A DNA stretch of 64,000 bases from Deltaproteobacteria bacterium (lineage in GTDB: Bacteria > Myxococcota_C > UBA6777). The stretch is taken from assembly GCA_002731275.1 (NCBI GenBank), contig PCBK01000053.1, positions 36,275 through 100,274 of the forward strand. The letters are read 5' to 3'. Position 1 is the first letter of the stretch. The number at the start of each line of letters is the position of its first letter. A program made the translations under genes and the position numbers. Below the pieces are notes generated by a model, which worked only from the letters and a program-made list of their open reading frames with translations, had not been told where the DNA came from and ran no database searches. Below, piece after piece: positions 49,025-59,382 of this stretch.

Positions 49025-49924
49025 ATGTTCTTTCGAATCTTTTTGCGCGTCATGGATCTCGTCCTTCCAGAGCGAATGCTCAGCCGATTGTTTGGCGTCT
49101 TCGCGCGTTTGCCGCTGCCGGCTTTTCTGTTGTTACCGCTGCTGCGTTGGTATGTAAAAGCCTTTGACGTCGAGATGTCTGAAGCTCGCTATCCTCTCTC
49201 TTACTACGGCACATTCGTCGAGTTCTTTACACGTCCCCTCAAAGAAGGTGTCCGTCATATCGATGAAGCGCCTTCTTCTGTGATCTCGCCTGTCGACGGG
49301 CGTGTGTACACTTACGGTCACATCGACGAGGAGACCATCGTACAGGCGAAAGGTATCGACTACACGATCGCCGAGCTGCTCGCCGATAAAAAGCAGGCCG
49401 AGACCTTTCTCAATGGATCCTTTATGATCATTTATCTCAGTCCACGAGATTACCACCGTATCCATTCACCGGTCGCTGGTGAAATTGACGCATATCGCTA
49501 TATTCCAGGGACGCTTTTGCCTGTGAACCCCCCAAGTGTTGCGATGTTTCCTCGTCTGTTTGTTGAGAACGAACGCCTGACCTCCTACATCCAGCATCCA
49601 CAGGCTGGTTGTGTCGCGCTCGTGAAAGTCGGCGCGACAAACGTCGGACGCATTCGACTCTCCTACGAGGACTTTGTGACCAACACGTGGACAACTCCCA
49701 AGAGCGTGCACACACCCGTCGAACCCGCTGCGAAGGTTGAAAAAGGCGGAGAGGTTGGGATGTTTGAGCTGGGTTCTACTGTGATCTTGTTGTTTGAGGA
49801 GGGCGTGACATTGAATACGTCACTTCAGGCTGGCGAGATGTTGCAACTTGGCCAAGTGATAGGCCATTTTGGTGATTCTGAGGTCGACAATGGGGACGCC
49901 GAGGCTGCCACTGAAGTCGGCTAA
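49025..49924 (+). CDS. psd: phosphatidylserine decarboxylase proenzyme
   Basis: SPVDGRV, YHRIHSPVAGEI, FELGSTV (self-cleavage GST) motifs. Confidence 0.85.
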   Translation: MFFRIFLRVMDLVLPERMLSRLFGVFARLPLPAFLLLPLLRWYVKAFDVEMSEARYPLSYYGTFVEFFTRPLKEGVRHIDEAPSSVISPVDGRVYTYGHIDEETIVQAKGIDYTIAELLADKKQAETFLNGSFMIIYLSPRDYHRIHSPVAGEIDAYRYIPGTLLPVNPPSVAMFPRLFVENERLTSYIQHPQAGCVALVKVGATNVGRIRLSYEDFVTNTWTTPKSVHTPVEPAAKVEKGGEVGMFELGSTVILLFEEGVTLNTSLQAGEMLQLGQVIGHFGDSEVDNGDAEAATEVG

Positions 49925-50712
49925 AACTGGAAGATATTGACGTCTGGGGCAAGTCTGTTGGGGATGATGGGGCGATCGAGCCAGTGCTCTTCTGATTGGG
50001 TGATGGCCGTCAAAAAGCTCGCACGTACGAACTTATAACGACCTTTGACGATACCATCCTCTTCGTGTTTGATGTACAGCCCTTCCATATCAGTGCTGCG
50101 ATCCGTGCCTTTCCAGGAACGCTCCAAGTTGAGTTTGCGTTGTTCACACTCCTCGCGAAAATGCTCATCCCGCCCCGGACTGACAAACAGAGAGGTCTCG
50201 ATCCAATCGTGAAAGAGTTTGGCAGATTTGACCTTTCCTTGATGGAGAACCGCCACGGAGACGATCGGCAGACCGTCGAGCATTCCCATACGTTCGGGTG
50301 TGCTCAAGAAGTGGCCAGTCTCCAAATCGAGGATGTCAAACTCCATGAAGTAGTGGGGGAGCATGTCGTAGTACATGGTGTGTTTGGCGTAGAGCCATTC
50401 ACCGTAGACGACGTAGCGTGTCCCTATCACTTCCCACAGCATGGGTGCGATACAGCTCGCCCACTGTTTGAAGAGGTGGAATTGACGTTCACGTGCGCCA
50501 CCTGTCAGGTAGTGGCCACGACTTTGCAGACGTAGCTCTCCGTCAGGTCCAAAGCTGATGCCGGCGTTGGCGCCGTCCATCTTCTCTTCGACCACGAGAT
50601 GTTTGCCTTTAATCTCTCGAAAGCGCACACTGTCGAGGTCTTCGTCTCCTGGTTGCAGGCGCGAACCCTCGATATGGTGTGTGCGCGGGTATTTATGCAT
50701 TTCGGCGTACAT
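49921..50712 (-). CDS. ATP-dependent RNA ligase family protein (KxDG nucleotidyltransferase)
   Basis: KYPRTHHIEG; motif I EEKMDGANAGISF; YGEWL; EGLYIK (motif IV); KFVR (motif V). Start trimmed to Met with GGAG RBS; ORF track extends to 50907. Confidence 0.65.
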   Translation of the reverse strand: MYAEMHKYPRTHHIEGSRLQPGDEDLDSVRFREIKGKHLVVEEKMDGANAGISFGPDGELRLQSRGHYLTGGARERQFHLFKQWASCIAPMLWEVIGTRYVVYGEWLYAKHTMYYDMLPHYFMEFDILDLETGHFLSTPERMGMLDGLPIVSVAVLHQGKVKSAKLFHDWIETSLFVSPGRDEHFREECEQRKLNLERSWKGTDRSTDMEGLYIKHEEDGIVKGRYKFVRASFLTAITQSEEHWLDRPIIPNRLAPDVNIFQF

Positions 50713-50975
50713 GGCTTTGCTCCGAATATCGATAGATTGTGGTGGTTGATTGTATTGGATGTGTGGAAGAAAGAAAAGGTCATCCTTTGTGGGGCTACAA
50801 CGGATGAGGTGGTCAAGAGGTTCAAAGTTTTTGGGGATTGAACTTCCTGTGCCCTTTTGCGTATGATGTAGATGACGGTAGGTTATTGATGGTGGCCAGT
50901 GGTGCACAAAGACCTATGGGAATCGGGATTGTGTATCCCACGTCTCGGCTTCTTCTGTAGCGACCGTCACGTTGT

Positions 50976-51013
50976 CCAGGTTCGAATCCTGGTCATTCTG
51001 TCACTGGAATGAT
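50976..51013 (+). other. tRNA T-arm-like hairpin (CCAGG-TTCGAAT-CCTGG) followed by a second hairpin; no full tRNA
   Basis: Canonical T-loop sequence but no anticodon or D arm can be folded upstream. Confidence 0.25.
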
Positions 51014-51315
51014 GGCGAAACAGGTAAACGCGATTGACTTAAGATCAATTAAACAGACTTTAACACCCTGCAGAGGGGACGCTCTCCTCTCGTTCGTCGG
51101 CTGCGCTGGCCGTTGGCTTGTGTCGTCTTCGACGAAGAGACTACCGGGCGCGATCTTGCGGTCCGGATCACGATATCATACGTTTGTATGGTATCTTGTA
51201 CCTTGTCCTGTCATAGGTTCTTCGGGAGGATACTCTTGTCACGTATGGTAGGCCGGTCGATCCACCCCATCGCTCTTCGTAGCGTCGTCTTCTCTGTAGG
51301 ATGTTTTTTTTGTGA

Positions 51316-52854
51316 GTGATCATGTCTGATTCCCCGGCTTTTGCGTTTTGTCGTGTTCTCTTCGTGCTGCTCTTTCCTGTCCCCCAACTGTACGCACAGA
51401 CCCCCTCATCACAGCCGACAAGTCGCCCCACAACTTCTCACCTGCACCGACACCTTACAACATCAAGACCTTCAGCTCGCCCTGTCCATCGGACACCGAC
51501 GACAAGATCTTGCAATATGGCCTGTCGTCTGCAACAGCTCATGTCATCGTGCCAGAGACCTTCTTCATCGTGTACCAAGCTGGTGAAGGGGATTCTCCGG
51601 GAGCGAGCATCCTGGAAGCAGGGGAGAGCGTGGTTGTTGACACGCTCCGAGAACGAGCAGCAAGCCGTCTTGAAGATTTTTTCGTGGAAGCAGACGTTGT
51701 CATTTTCGTGGATTCGCTATCTCGTGGCGTCAGGTGATCGTTCGTTACGCGGTGAGATCGCGTTCCGTTTGCGCCCTCACTGTAAGGGGAGGGCGGATGT
51801 CCGTCGGTTGTTAGGGGAGCTGTTGTTGGACAAGCGGCGTGATGTGTCGAGGGAAGCCATCGCGACGTTAGCGATGTGCGGTGATGTCGCGCTTAAAGCG
51901 CTTCGTCATGGGTTGGATGCCAGGGATCCGCTCGTGAGGATCTTGACCGTTCGTCGCCTCGCACGTGCTCCCCAGAAAGCCTTCATGTCACTGCTGCGTG
52001 CTTCTTTGCACGCTGACTCTCAGGTGCGTTGGGCAGCACGTCAGGCGCTGCGTTTGCAACACGCGACGCTTCTTCCATCGTGGATGCAGCGGCTTACATC
52101 CGCTGATGTGTCAGCTCGTCGTCTGGTGGCCCAAGTGTTGATGACAGAAGGTATAAGGGTCTCTTCGTTGGTGTATAAGATGCTCTCGGATCGCGATCTC
52201 ACCGTGCGTTTGTATGCGTTGCGTTGGGCGGGACGCCAGACGACGCTCTCGCAAAGGTGGATGCGTGCGTTACATGGGAGTCTTTTGGCGTCTGATGTCT
52301 CGATTCGAAAGCAGGCGTTTGTGTGTTTGTTTCGCTTGCTCTCGACACATCAGGCGCGACAGGCTTTGCTCTTGCAAGCCGTCCAAGATCGCGACAAGGC
52401 GTTGCGTTTGCGAGCGTTGAAGTGGTCGAGTGCGTTGAGCGTGTCGAGCCTTCCCATTTTGCGCGTTGCGCTCTTTGATCGCGAGGCAGACGTGCGCTGG
52501 AAGGCCTTTGCGCAGTTACAAACTCTGGGCCGTGAGGCATACGATGAGGTGTTGTTGAGTCTCCTCCACACAGACGGGAGAATCAGACGTGAAGCACGTC
52601 GCAAGCTCAATGAGTGGCGTTTGTCTGATAAGGAGCGGACGAGGCGTTTGCTTCGTTTGTTTCGCCAGGGGTCTGCAAAGGTGAGCGCGTCTGCTTTTTT
52701 ATTGCTCAAGCGGATGGGGCAGCGCGCCAAAAGCGCGGAGAAGTTGCTTCGGAAAATGTTAAAAGATGTGCAGGGGGCCAAGCGCAAGCGCACGTATATC
52801 TTGTTGCGTGCAATGCAGCCTCCCAAGACCTCTCCAAGGAAAAGGAAGAGGTGA
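51316..52854 (+). CDS. secreted HEAT-repeat (PBS-lyase-like) protein
   Basis: Signal peptide; repeated VRWAARQALRL / VRLYALRWAG / LRLRALKWSS units. Confidence 0.6.
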   Translation: MIMSDSPAFAFCRVLFVLLFPVPQLYAQTPSSQPTSRPTTSHLHRHLTTSRPSARPVHRTPTTRSCNMACRLQQLMSSCQRPSSSCTKLVKGILRERASWKQGRAWLLTRSENEQQAVLKIFSWKQTLSFSWIRYLVASGDRSLRGEIAFRLRPHCKGRADVRRLLGELLLDKRRDVSREAIATLAMCGDVALKALRHGLDARDPLVRILTVRRLARAPQKAFMSLLRASLHADSQVRWAARQALRLQHATLLPSWMQRLTSADVSARRLVAQVLMTEGIRVSSLVYKMLSDRDLTVRLYALRWAGRQTTLSQRWMRALHGSLLASDVSIRKQAFVCLFRLLSTHQARQALLLQAVQDRDKALRLRALKWSSALSVSSLPILRVALFDREADVRWKAFAQLQTLGREAYDEVLLSLLHTDGRIRREARRKLNEWRLSDKERTRRLLRLFRQGSAKVSASAFLLLKRMGQRAKSAEKLLRKMLKDVQGAKRKRTYILLRAMQPPKTSPRKRKR

Positions 52855-52989
52855 TGTGAGAGGGGGGATGTTTGATTTGGAGGAGAGGGCACTATCGGGG
52901 GACATGAATGCCCCCCAGGCGCGGCCTTCAGCCTTGCCTTCCCCCTCTGTTGAACCCCTGCGGGGTTGTTTTGATTTGTTGGGTGTTGA

Positions 52990-53358
52990 TCAGGTTTTCT
53001 TTTTGCGTTTTTTGGGTTTCTTTTTCTGTTGGCGCAGGGCCGCGCCGTAGCCGATGTCTGCCCAGTGAAGAGCCTGCTCTTCGTTGTCGTAAATGGACGC
53101 AGGTGCTTCGTAGTAGGACATTGCGACGGGGGCTTTGTCTTCACGCTCGTACATGAAGGGGCCTAAATCTTCATCGATGAAGTGCTGTTTGTTCTCGTCG
53201 TCCACTTTTAGATACAGGACGTCATCGGCGAAGAGGCCGAACATCAAGTCATCTTTGTAGAGCCCCCATCCTCCGAACATCGCGCGAGCGCGGATGTGCC
53301 CCATTGGTTGAAGCAAATCGACGACATATTCGACAAACTCACTGCGCTTTTTGGCCAT
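52990..53358 (-). CDS. TfoX N-terminal-domain protein with Lys-rich tail
   Basis: GHIRARAMFGGWGLYKDDLMFGLFADDVLYLKVD signature. Confidence 0.65.
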   Translation of the reverse strand: MAKKRSEFVEYVVDLLQPMGHIRARAMFGGWGLYKDDLMFGLFADDVLYLKVDDENKQHFIDEDLGPFMYEREDKAPVAMSYYEAPASIYDNEEQALHWADIGYGAALRQQKKKPKKRKKKT

Positions 53359-54482
53359 TACGCGGTCCTTCTTCTGTGGTGGGGAACGTCCGTCCGCTTT
53401 TTGCTCTTTTGGCCACCTTGAATCGCCAGCTGTCCACAGGCAGCCGAGATGTCATCTCCGCGAGTGGTCCGTTTGGTCACACGCACATCTCGATCATGGA
53501 GCAGGTCGTGGAATCGATACACACGATTGTTAGAGGGACGCTCGTAGGGGGCACCTGGGTGTTCGTTATAGGGGATGATGTTGACCTTGGCGCCGAGAGA
53601 TTTGGCCATTTTAGAGAGTCGCTGGGCGTCTTCATCGGAGTCGTTGACATCTTTGATCAGCGTGTATTCGAGTGTGACGGCAGCGCGCTGTGTCTGTTGT
53701 TGATCCTGGAAGGTCTTGAGTGTGTCGAGCAAGGTCGCGAGATTGTAGCGTTTGTTGATGGGCATCAGCTCATCACGTTGTTCATCTGTCGTCGCGTGCA
53801 AAGAGATGGCGAGTCTCGCACTTGAACGCTTTCCAAGCTCAAGGATCTGTGGACAGAGCCCAGCTGTAGAGACTGTGAGGCGGCGACCGCCAAGTCCTGG
53901 ACCGTTGTGGTCTGTCATAATGGACAGGGTGTTCATCAGATTCTCGAAGTTGACGAGCGGTTCGCCCATCCCCATAAAGACGACGTTGGTGATCCGTTGT
54001 CCTTTGGGAAGTTGCTGTTGGGAGGTCAAGAATTGACCCATGTATTCGGCGATGGAGAGGTTGCGTCCGGGTCCCATGGTCGCGGTGTAACAAAAGCGAC
54101 AGGCGAGGGCGCAGCCGACCTGTGAGGAGATACAGAGGGTGTTACGCTTCTCTGTGGGGATCAGGACGGACTCGATCTGGTTGCCGTCTGCGAGGCGAAA
54201 GAGGATCTTCTGTGTGCCATCTTTTGAGCGCTGGTGCGTCGCGATGTCGAGGAGTTTTATCTCTGCGATCCCTGCGAGCTTTTGGCGGAGTTTTTTGGAG
54301 ATGTTGGTCATCTCTTCGAAGTCGTATACATCACGTTGGTAGATCCACTGAAAGATCTGGTCCGCACGAAAAGGCTTCTCACCGATGGAGGTAAAGTAAT
54401 CCCTCATTTGCTCTCGCGAGAAGTTGAGGAGATTGACCTTCTCTGTGGTGATGTCGGATGTGTGAGTCGTGTCTTGTTGCAT
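53358..54482 (-). CDS. rlmN: 23S rRNA (adenine2503-C2)-methyltransferase, radical SAM
   Basis: GEKPFRADQIFQWIY N-terminus; CISSQVGCALACRFCYT CxxxCxxC cluster; MGMGEPL. Confidence 0.9.
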   Translation of the reverse strand: MQQDTTHTSDITTEKVNLLNFSREQMRDYFTSIGEKPFRADQIFQWIYQRDVYDFEEMTNISKKLRQKLAGIAEIKLLDIATHQRSKDGTQKILFRLADGNQIESVLIPTEKRNTLCISSQVGCALACRFCYTATMGPGRNLSIAEYMGQFLTSQQQLPKGQRITNVVFMGMGEPLVNFENLMNTLSIMTDHNGPGLGGRRLTVSTAGLCPQILELGKRSSARLAISLHATTDEQRDELMPINKRYNLATLLDTLKTFQDQQQTQRAAVTLEYTLIKDVNDSDEDAQRLSKMAKSLGAKVNIIPYNEHPGAPYERPSNNRVYRFHDLLHDRDVRVTKRTTRGDDISAACGQLAIQGGQKSKKRTDVPHHRRRTA

Positions 54483-54604
54483 GGTGTTTGTTCTCTATGG
54501 TTGCGCTTCTCGTGAGCGGAAAGTGAGTTGAGTGATGTTGTTGAGATGCATGACGAGGCAGGAGGTGTCAAGGTTTTCTTCTTGGGGAGGTGTGGGAGAG
54601 CTGA

Positions 54605-55537
54605 TTAGAAGTGGATCGAAGGCCCGAGAACAAAGATGTGTACGAGTGTCAGGAGCGTGGCAGCGATGAGCCAGGGGAGGCTTCGAGTCAACTCGATGGG
54701 TGCATGTTCGCCACTTTTAAAGGCCTCTCGCTCAAGCAAGTTGGGCATCCAAGTAAGCGCTGAGTTGGCCCCAAAAGTCGACGCTGCAGATGTCAAGATC
54801 ATACCAAAGCCGACGGGATTCAGAAGGGCACCGATCGTCGCAGCGGCGCCACCAAACAGATAACTCCACATCATCAGGCGGTTACCGTGAGCGATACGTT
54901 CTTCCTCTGTGCGTCCAAGCATCGGACTCAGCTCCTTCAAACAGAGCCATGCACAGAGCATGTATATAACAAGCCCAAAGAGGATGTTCCCTGTGCGCCA
55001 AAGCCAAGCTGGTTGCCAGCCCTTGACCATATTGGCCCAATCCCCAACCCCCAGAACTCCTGAGAACAAAGGATACCCTGCCGCGCTCAACAGGTTGACG
55101 GTCATGCTCAACCACAAGAACAACCGCAGATGTGCAGAGGCCTTGCGAAAGATACGCAGTAACCACCAGCACAGGAGCCCGACGATTGCGTTGACAAAGG
55201 AACCTGCGAAGGCGATCCATCGAATCCCCCAATCACTCGTTTGTGATTTGTCCCCCTGAAAGTACGACGTTGAGAGCGCTAGAGGCTTGCATTGCACGGT
55301 CAAACAGGCTCCTGCGTGACCAAGTCCTTCGTGAAGGATGTTTTGTAGGATGAAGGCGACCGCCGCGATCGCCGCGAGGGTCCATACATCGATGTGAGGC
55401 TTCGTGTTGGTGGAGGTTGGTTGTTCTGTCATGCTCTTCTCCAGGTATGAGCTACAAACAAAGACGGAATGTTGGGATGGTGTGGTGGTAGAGATACTGG
55501 ATTGAGCGGGCTTGTCAAGGATTTTAGGCGACCCCAA
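54605..55537 (-). CDS. polytopic membrane protein, function unknown (contains LHEGLGHAG)
   Basis: Multiple predicted TM helices; no canonical HExxH. Confidence 0.45.
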   Translation of the reverse strand: MGSPKILDKPAQSSISTTTPSQHSVFVCSSYLEKSMTEQPTSTNTKPHIDVWTLAAIAAVAFILQNILHEGLGHAGACLTVQCKPLALSTSYFQGDKSQTSDWGIRWIAFAGSFVNAIVGLLCWWLLRIFRKASAHLRLFLWLSMTVNLLSAAGYPLFSGVLGVGDWANMVKGWQPAWLWRTGNILFGLVIYMLCAWLCLKELSPMLGRTEEERIAHGNRLMMWSYLFGGAAATIGALLNPVGFGMILTSAASTFGANSALTWMPNLLEREAFKSGEHAPIELTRSLPWLIAATLLTLVHIFVLGPSIHF

Positions 55538-55647
55538 GAAAACGCACTTTTTTCCTTGTGGTAGTCTTACGTGGGGGAGGGGGGAGATTTGATGTGCCCT
55601 CTATTTGCTTGGAGGAGGGATGCACATCAAAGCGTCACGCAACGCGA

Positions 55648-58600
55648 TCAATCTGCGTAGGGAGTGTAGACACAGCGGAAGTTGTACTTGTTGTAGCCAT
55701 ATCCGACAGCGCCGTAATTTGAGGTGTTGGTGTAGTCCCAAGAGACTGTCCCTGCGCCTGTCCATCGCGCGAGTGAGTAGCCGTATCCACCGTTGTACCA
55801 GTACATCGGTTCACCCATGTACAGCCAACGGTTTGTGCCGTTGGGGAGCGCTTGGTGCATGAGGCGCGTCATCTCACGTGTTGTGGGGACATGTCCACCT
55901 TCTTGTCGACAGTCGTGGTATGCCCCGACGGCTGTCACTTTGGGGCGATCGTACTTGTCCATGACGAGGCCATCTGCGCCTTGGAAGCACTCTGAGCCCG
56001 GAGGTCCATAGCAATTGGCACCGTGGAGGATGTCGCTCTTTTTAGCCGGCCAGATACAGCGGAACGGTCGCGTCGCAGAGAGGATATTGTAATGGTTGGT
56101 TGCGCCATCTGAGACCCGCACAGCTTCGTTGTTGTCCGTTCGGTAGTTGGGGGTCGTGGTCCACAGATAATTGGTGCTCGTTGTTGCGCCGAGCGCTTTG
56201 TGGGTGTTGTCACTTGACGCGCGGCCTCTGTAAAGCTCACTCGCGGTCGGGAGTCGACCTCCCAAACTCTTACATTTGGCTTCTGCGCCTGAGTAAGTTG
56301 TGGCCTGTCGCTCGATCACGTCCCAGGCGTTGCCCCAATCGTCGATGATCTCTGCCGTCGCGTTCCCATTTGAAGTGCCTTTTGCGCCTGCGACACACGC
56401 CAGTTTTCCACTCTGCCATTGCATCACCTCACCTGTCTTACAGGTGGGGAGCGCGGGTTTTTTGGAGCGCCAGATGCAACGGTAATTTCTGTTGTTGGTG
56501 GTGTACGCTGCGAGACTCGCCTTGGTGCCCCAACCGTTGAATGACCAATCTTCTGTGCCGTTGTTGGTCCAGCGGACATTGGGGTGTCCATAGCCGCCGT
56601 TGTACCAGTACATCGACTCTGCCGTCCAGTTCCATTGGTTCGTTCCACCAGGGAGCCCCATGTGAAGAGCTTCTGTGAATTCACTCATTTTGGGGACGTC
56701 AGCTTTTAGTTTGCGGCATGCGTCGAAAGCCGTGCGGTAATTGGCTGTCCCGCGGTCTTGTTTGTCGATCAGGATCGTGGAACGACGTGCGTCGACCTTC
56801 ATGCAACCACCGCTACAAGTCGTCGAGGTCGAAGGGACAGTCAATTGGGACAGGTCGTTGTACCCTATGCAGCGGAAGGCGCGTAAGTTCGATGTGTATG
56901 TGACGCTGCCAAAGTTGGCGCTGTTGTAGTAATACCATCTCGGTGTCCCTTTACCTTTCCAGCGGATCTGTGCGGCACCATGGCCACCACTGTGCCAGTA
57001 CATCGCCTTGGCCAACCACAACCACCCATCGGAACCATTCTCCAGACCGTTGTGGATGGCTGTCGTCCAATCTCTCAGGTTGGGAAGACTCGCACCGTAG
57101 AAGGAACACTCATTCGCTGCAGCTGCGTAGTCGAGTTTGGGGCGGTCGATCTTGTCGATGTTTTGGAAGGGACCTACTTTTTGGCAGGTGTCGCCGGGTT
57201 TGCCATTGCAGCGATAGCTGTCAAAGCCCTTGGAGTTTGTCGCGTAATCCGCAGAAGGCCAGATACATCGATACTGTGAGTTGTTGGTCTCGATTTGATT
57301 GCTCGTGTTTCCGTCACTCAAGCGGACTGTGACTTTGCGATCGAGGCGATATGTCGTGATGAATGTCCACAAGTATTCGGTGGCACGTGGTGTGCTGATC
57401 GAACCTTGCCCTGTCTGTGTGTTGTTTCGATGCAGCTCGGTCGCTGTTGGGAGCCGTCCGCCGAGCGCTTTACAGGTGTCGCTCGCTTGCTTCCAGGTCG
57501 TGGCTGGGCGTGGTGTACCATCCCATGTCGCGCCCCACGCGTCCTGTACGGGGAAGCCGTTGTAGTGACCACAGAAGTACCAGTGCCAGCAGTCCGAATC
57601 CTGACAGTCTGTTTTGCCGTCACCATCGTTGTCTTTCTTGTCCTGGCAAGCGCCAAGGGAGGACTCCAGTGTGCTCTGTTGGCAGAATGTGAAGACCTGA
57701 CAGCCTGGATCGTCACAGTCGGTCTTACCGTCGCCGTCGTTGTCTTGCTTGTCCGAACACGTCGCAGCGCTGTTTTCAACTTTGCTACAAAAGAAGAAAT
57801 TTTGGCAATCGGTGTCGTCGCAGTCAGTTTTGCCATCACCGTCGTTGTCTTTCTTGTCCTGGCACAGGCTGGAGTTGTTTTCGACTTTGATACAGAAGGT
57901 GAAGCCTTGACAATCAGTGTCGTCACAGTCCGTTTTGCCGTCACCGTCGTTGTCCTGGTTGTCCTGGCATAGGCTGGCAGTGTTCTCCAACTTTTGGCAG
58001 AAGAAGTACCCTTGGCAGTCGGAGTCGTCGCAGTCTGTCTTACCATCGCCGTCGTTATCTTTCTTGTCTTGACAGAGCGCCGGAGAGTTTTCGAGGTTGT
58101 TTTGGCAGAAGGTGAAGCCTTGACAGTCGATGTCATCACAGTCAGTTTTGCCGTCACCATCGTTGTCTTGCTTGTCCTGGCAGAGGCTGGCTGTGTTCTC
58201 GACTTTTTGGCAGAAGAAGTACCCTGAGCAGTCAGGATCGTCACAGTCAGTTTTGCCGTCACCATCGTTGTCTTGTTTGTCCTGGCACAAGCTTGGTGTG
58301 TTTTCGACTTTGCCTTGACAGAAGGTGAAGACCTTGCATTCGGGGTCATCACAGTCGATTTTGCCGTCGTTGTCGTTATCTTTTTTGTCCTGACAGAGAT
58401 TGGCGTTGTTTTCGACCTTTTGACAGAAGACATAGGCTTGGCAGTCAGGATCGTCACAGTCCGTTTTGCCGTCGCCGTCGTTGTCTTGTGTGTCCTGGCA
58501 TTGTGCGGGGCTGATCTCGACTTTTTGGCAGAAGGTGAAGCCCTGACAGTCTGAGTCTTCGCAGTCAGTTTTGCCGTCGCCGTCGTTGTCTTGTTTATCT

Positions 58601-59382
58601 TGACATAAGCTGGCAGTGTCTTCGACCTTTTGACAGAAAGTGTAGACTTGACAGTCGAGATCGTCACAGTCCGTTTTGCCGTCACCGTCGTTGTCTTTGG
58701 TGTCCTGACAGAGGGTAGGGCTGTCCTCTACTGTGACAGTGGTGCAGAAGGTAAATCCCTTACAGTCGGGGTCATCGCAGTCGATTTTGCCGTCACTGTC
58801 GTTGTCGAGTTTGTCCTGGCATTGTACGGCGCTGGTCTCGACTTTGGCGTTGGTGGAGCAGAAGGTGAAACCTTTGCAGTCTTCATCGTCACAGTCTGTT
58901 TTGCCGTCTTCGTCGTTATCTTGTTTGTCCTGGCATTGTGCGGCGCTGGTCTCTTCTTTGCTGGCTGTGGCGCAGAAAGTAAAGCCGAGACAGTCGGAGT
59001 CTTCGCAGTCAATTTTGCCGTCGTTGTCGTTGTCTTGTTTGTCTTGACACTGTGCGGCGCTGGTCTCTTCCTTGATGCAGAAGCTGAAGCTCATACAGCT
59101 CGCGTCATCACAGTCGATGTTGCCGTCATTGTCGTTATCTTGTTTGTCTTGACAGGCGGTCGCAGTGTCTTCTGTTTGGGGGGTGTTGCGACAAAAGTCG
59201 TAGCCTGCGCAGGCTTCATCTGCGCAGTCGGTTTTTCCGTCACCATCGTTGTCTAGCTGGTCTTGGCATTCGACAGGTGTCTCTTCTGATTGACCTGGTG
59301 CGCTGGGAGAGCAGCCTATTACAAGAAAGAATAAGCATCCTATCAAACACATAGAACGCAAGCGAAGGGGTACAATTCTCAT
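55648..59382 (-). CDS. giant secreted lipoprotein: ~22 thrombospondin type-3-like Ca-binding repeats (CQDKxDNDGDGKTDCDDxDC) plus ~6 C-terminal lectin-like/DUF1566-like domains
   Basis: Lipoprotein signal MRIVPLRLRSMCLIGCLFFLVIGC with AAGAGG RBS; repeats visible at protein and DNA level; LGGRLPTxxEL motif in each C-terminal module. Confidence 0.75.
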   Translation of the reverse strand: MRIVPLRLRSMCLIGCLFFLVIGCSPSAPGQSEETPVECQDQLDNDGDGKTDCADEACAGYDFCRNTPQTEDTATACQDKQDNDNDGNIDCDDASCMSFSFCIKEETSAAQCQDKQDNDNDGKIDCEDSDCLGFTFCATASKEETSAAQCQDKQDNDEDGKTDCDDEDCKGFTFCSTNAKVETSAVQCQDKLDNDSDGKIDCDDPDCKGFTFCTTVTVEDSPTLCQDTKDNDGDGKTDCDDLDCQVYTFCQKVEDTASLCQDKQDNDGDGKTDCEDSDCQGFTFCQKVEISPAQCQDTQDNDGDGKTDCDDPDCQAYVFCQKVENNANLCQDKKDNDNDGKIDCDDPECKVFTFCQGKVENTPSLCQDKQDNDGDGKTDCDDPDCSGYFFCQKVENTASLCQDKQDNDGDGKTDCDDIDCQGFTFCQNNLENSPALCQDKKDNDGDGKTDCDDSDCQGYFFCQKLENTASLCQDNQDNDGDGKTDCDDTDCQGFTFCIKVENNSSLCQDKKDNDGDGKTDCDDTDCQNFFFCSKVENSAATCSDKQDNDGDGKTDCDDPGCQVFTFCQQSTLESSLGACQDKKDNDGDGKTDCQDSDCWHWYFCGHYNGFPVQDAWGATWDGTPRPATTWKQASDTCKALGGRLPTATELHRNNTQTGQGSISTPRATEYLWTFITTYRLDRKVTVRLSDGNTSNQIETNNSQYRCIWPSADYATNSKGFDSYRCNGKPGDTCQKVGPFQNIDKIDRPKLDYAAAANECSFYGASLPNLRDWTTAIHNGLENGSDGWLWLAKAMYWHSGGHGAAQIRWKGKGTPRWYYYNSANFGSVTYTSNLRAFRCIGYNDLSQLTVPSTSTTCSGGCMKVDARRSTILIDKQDRGTANYRTAFDACRKLKADVPKMSEFTEALHMGLPGGTNQWNWTAESMYWYNGGYGHPNVRWTNNGTEDWSFNGWGTKASLAAYTTNNRNYRCIWRSKKPALPTCKTGEVMQWQSGKLACVAGAKGTSNGNATAEIIDDWGNAWDVIERQATTYSGAEAKCKSLGGRLPTASELYRGRASSDNTHKALGATTSTNYLWTTTPNYRTDNNEAVRVSDGATNHYNILSATRPFRCIWPAKKSDILHGANCYGPPGSECFQGADGLVMDKYDRPKVTAVGAYHDCRQEGGHVPTTREMTRLMHQALPNGTNRWLYMGEPMYWYNGGYGYSLARWTGAGTVSWDYTNTSNYGAVGYGYNKYNFRCVYTPYAD

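Noticed and set aside
51015-51100. tRNA-Leu(UAA)-like anticodon hairpin ATTGA-CTTAAGA-TCAAT
   Set aside because: No acceptor stem or D arm can be formed, and the candidate T-loop GGACGCT is non-canonical.
57295-59256. Plus-strand ORFs 57295..57972, 57994..58227, 58630..59256 encoding hydrophobic repeats
   Set aside because: They are mirror-image artefacts of the TSP3 repeat DNA on the coding (minus) strand.
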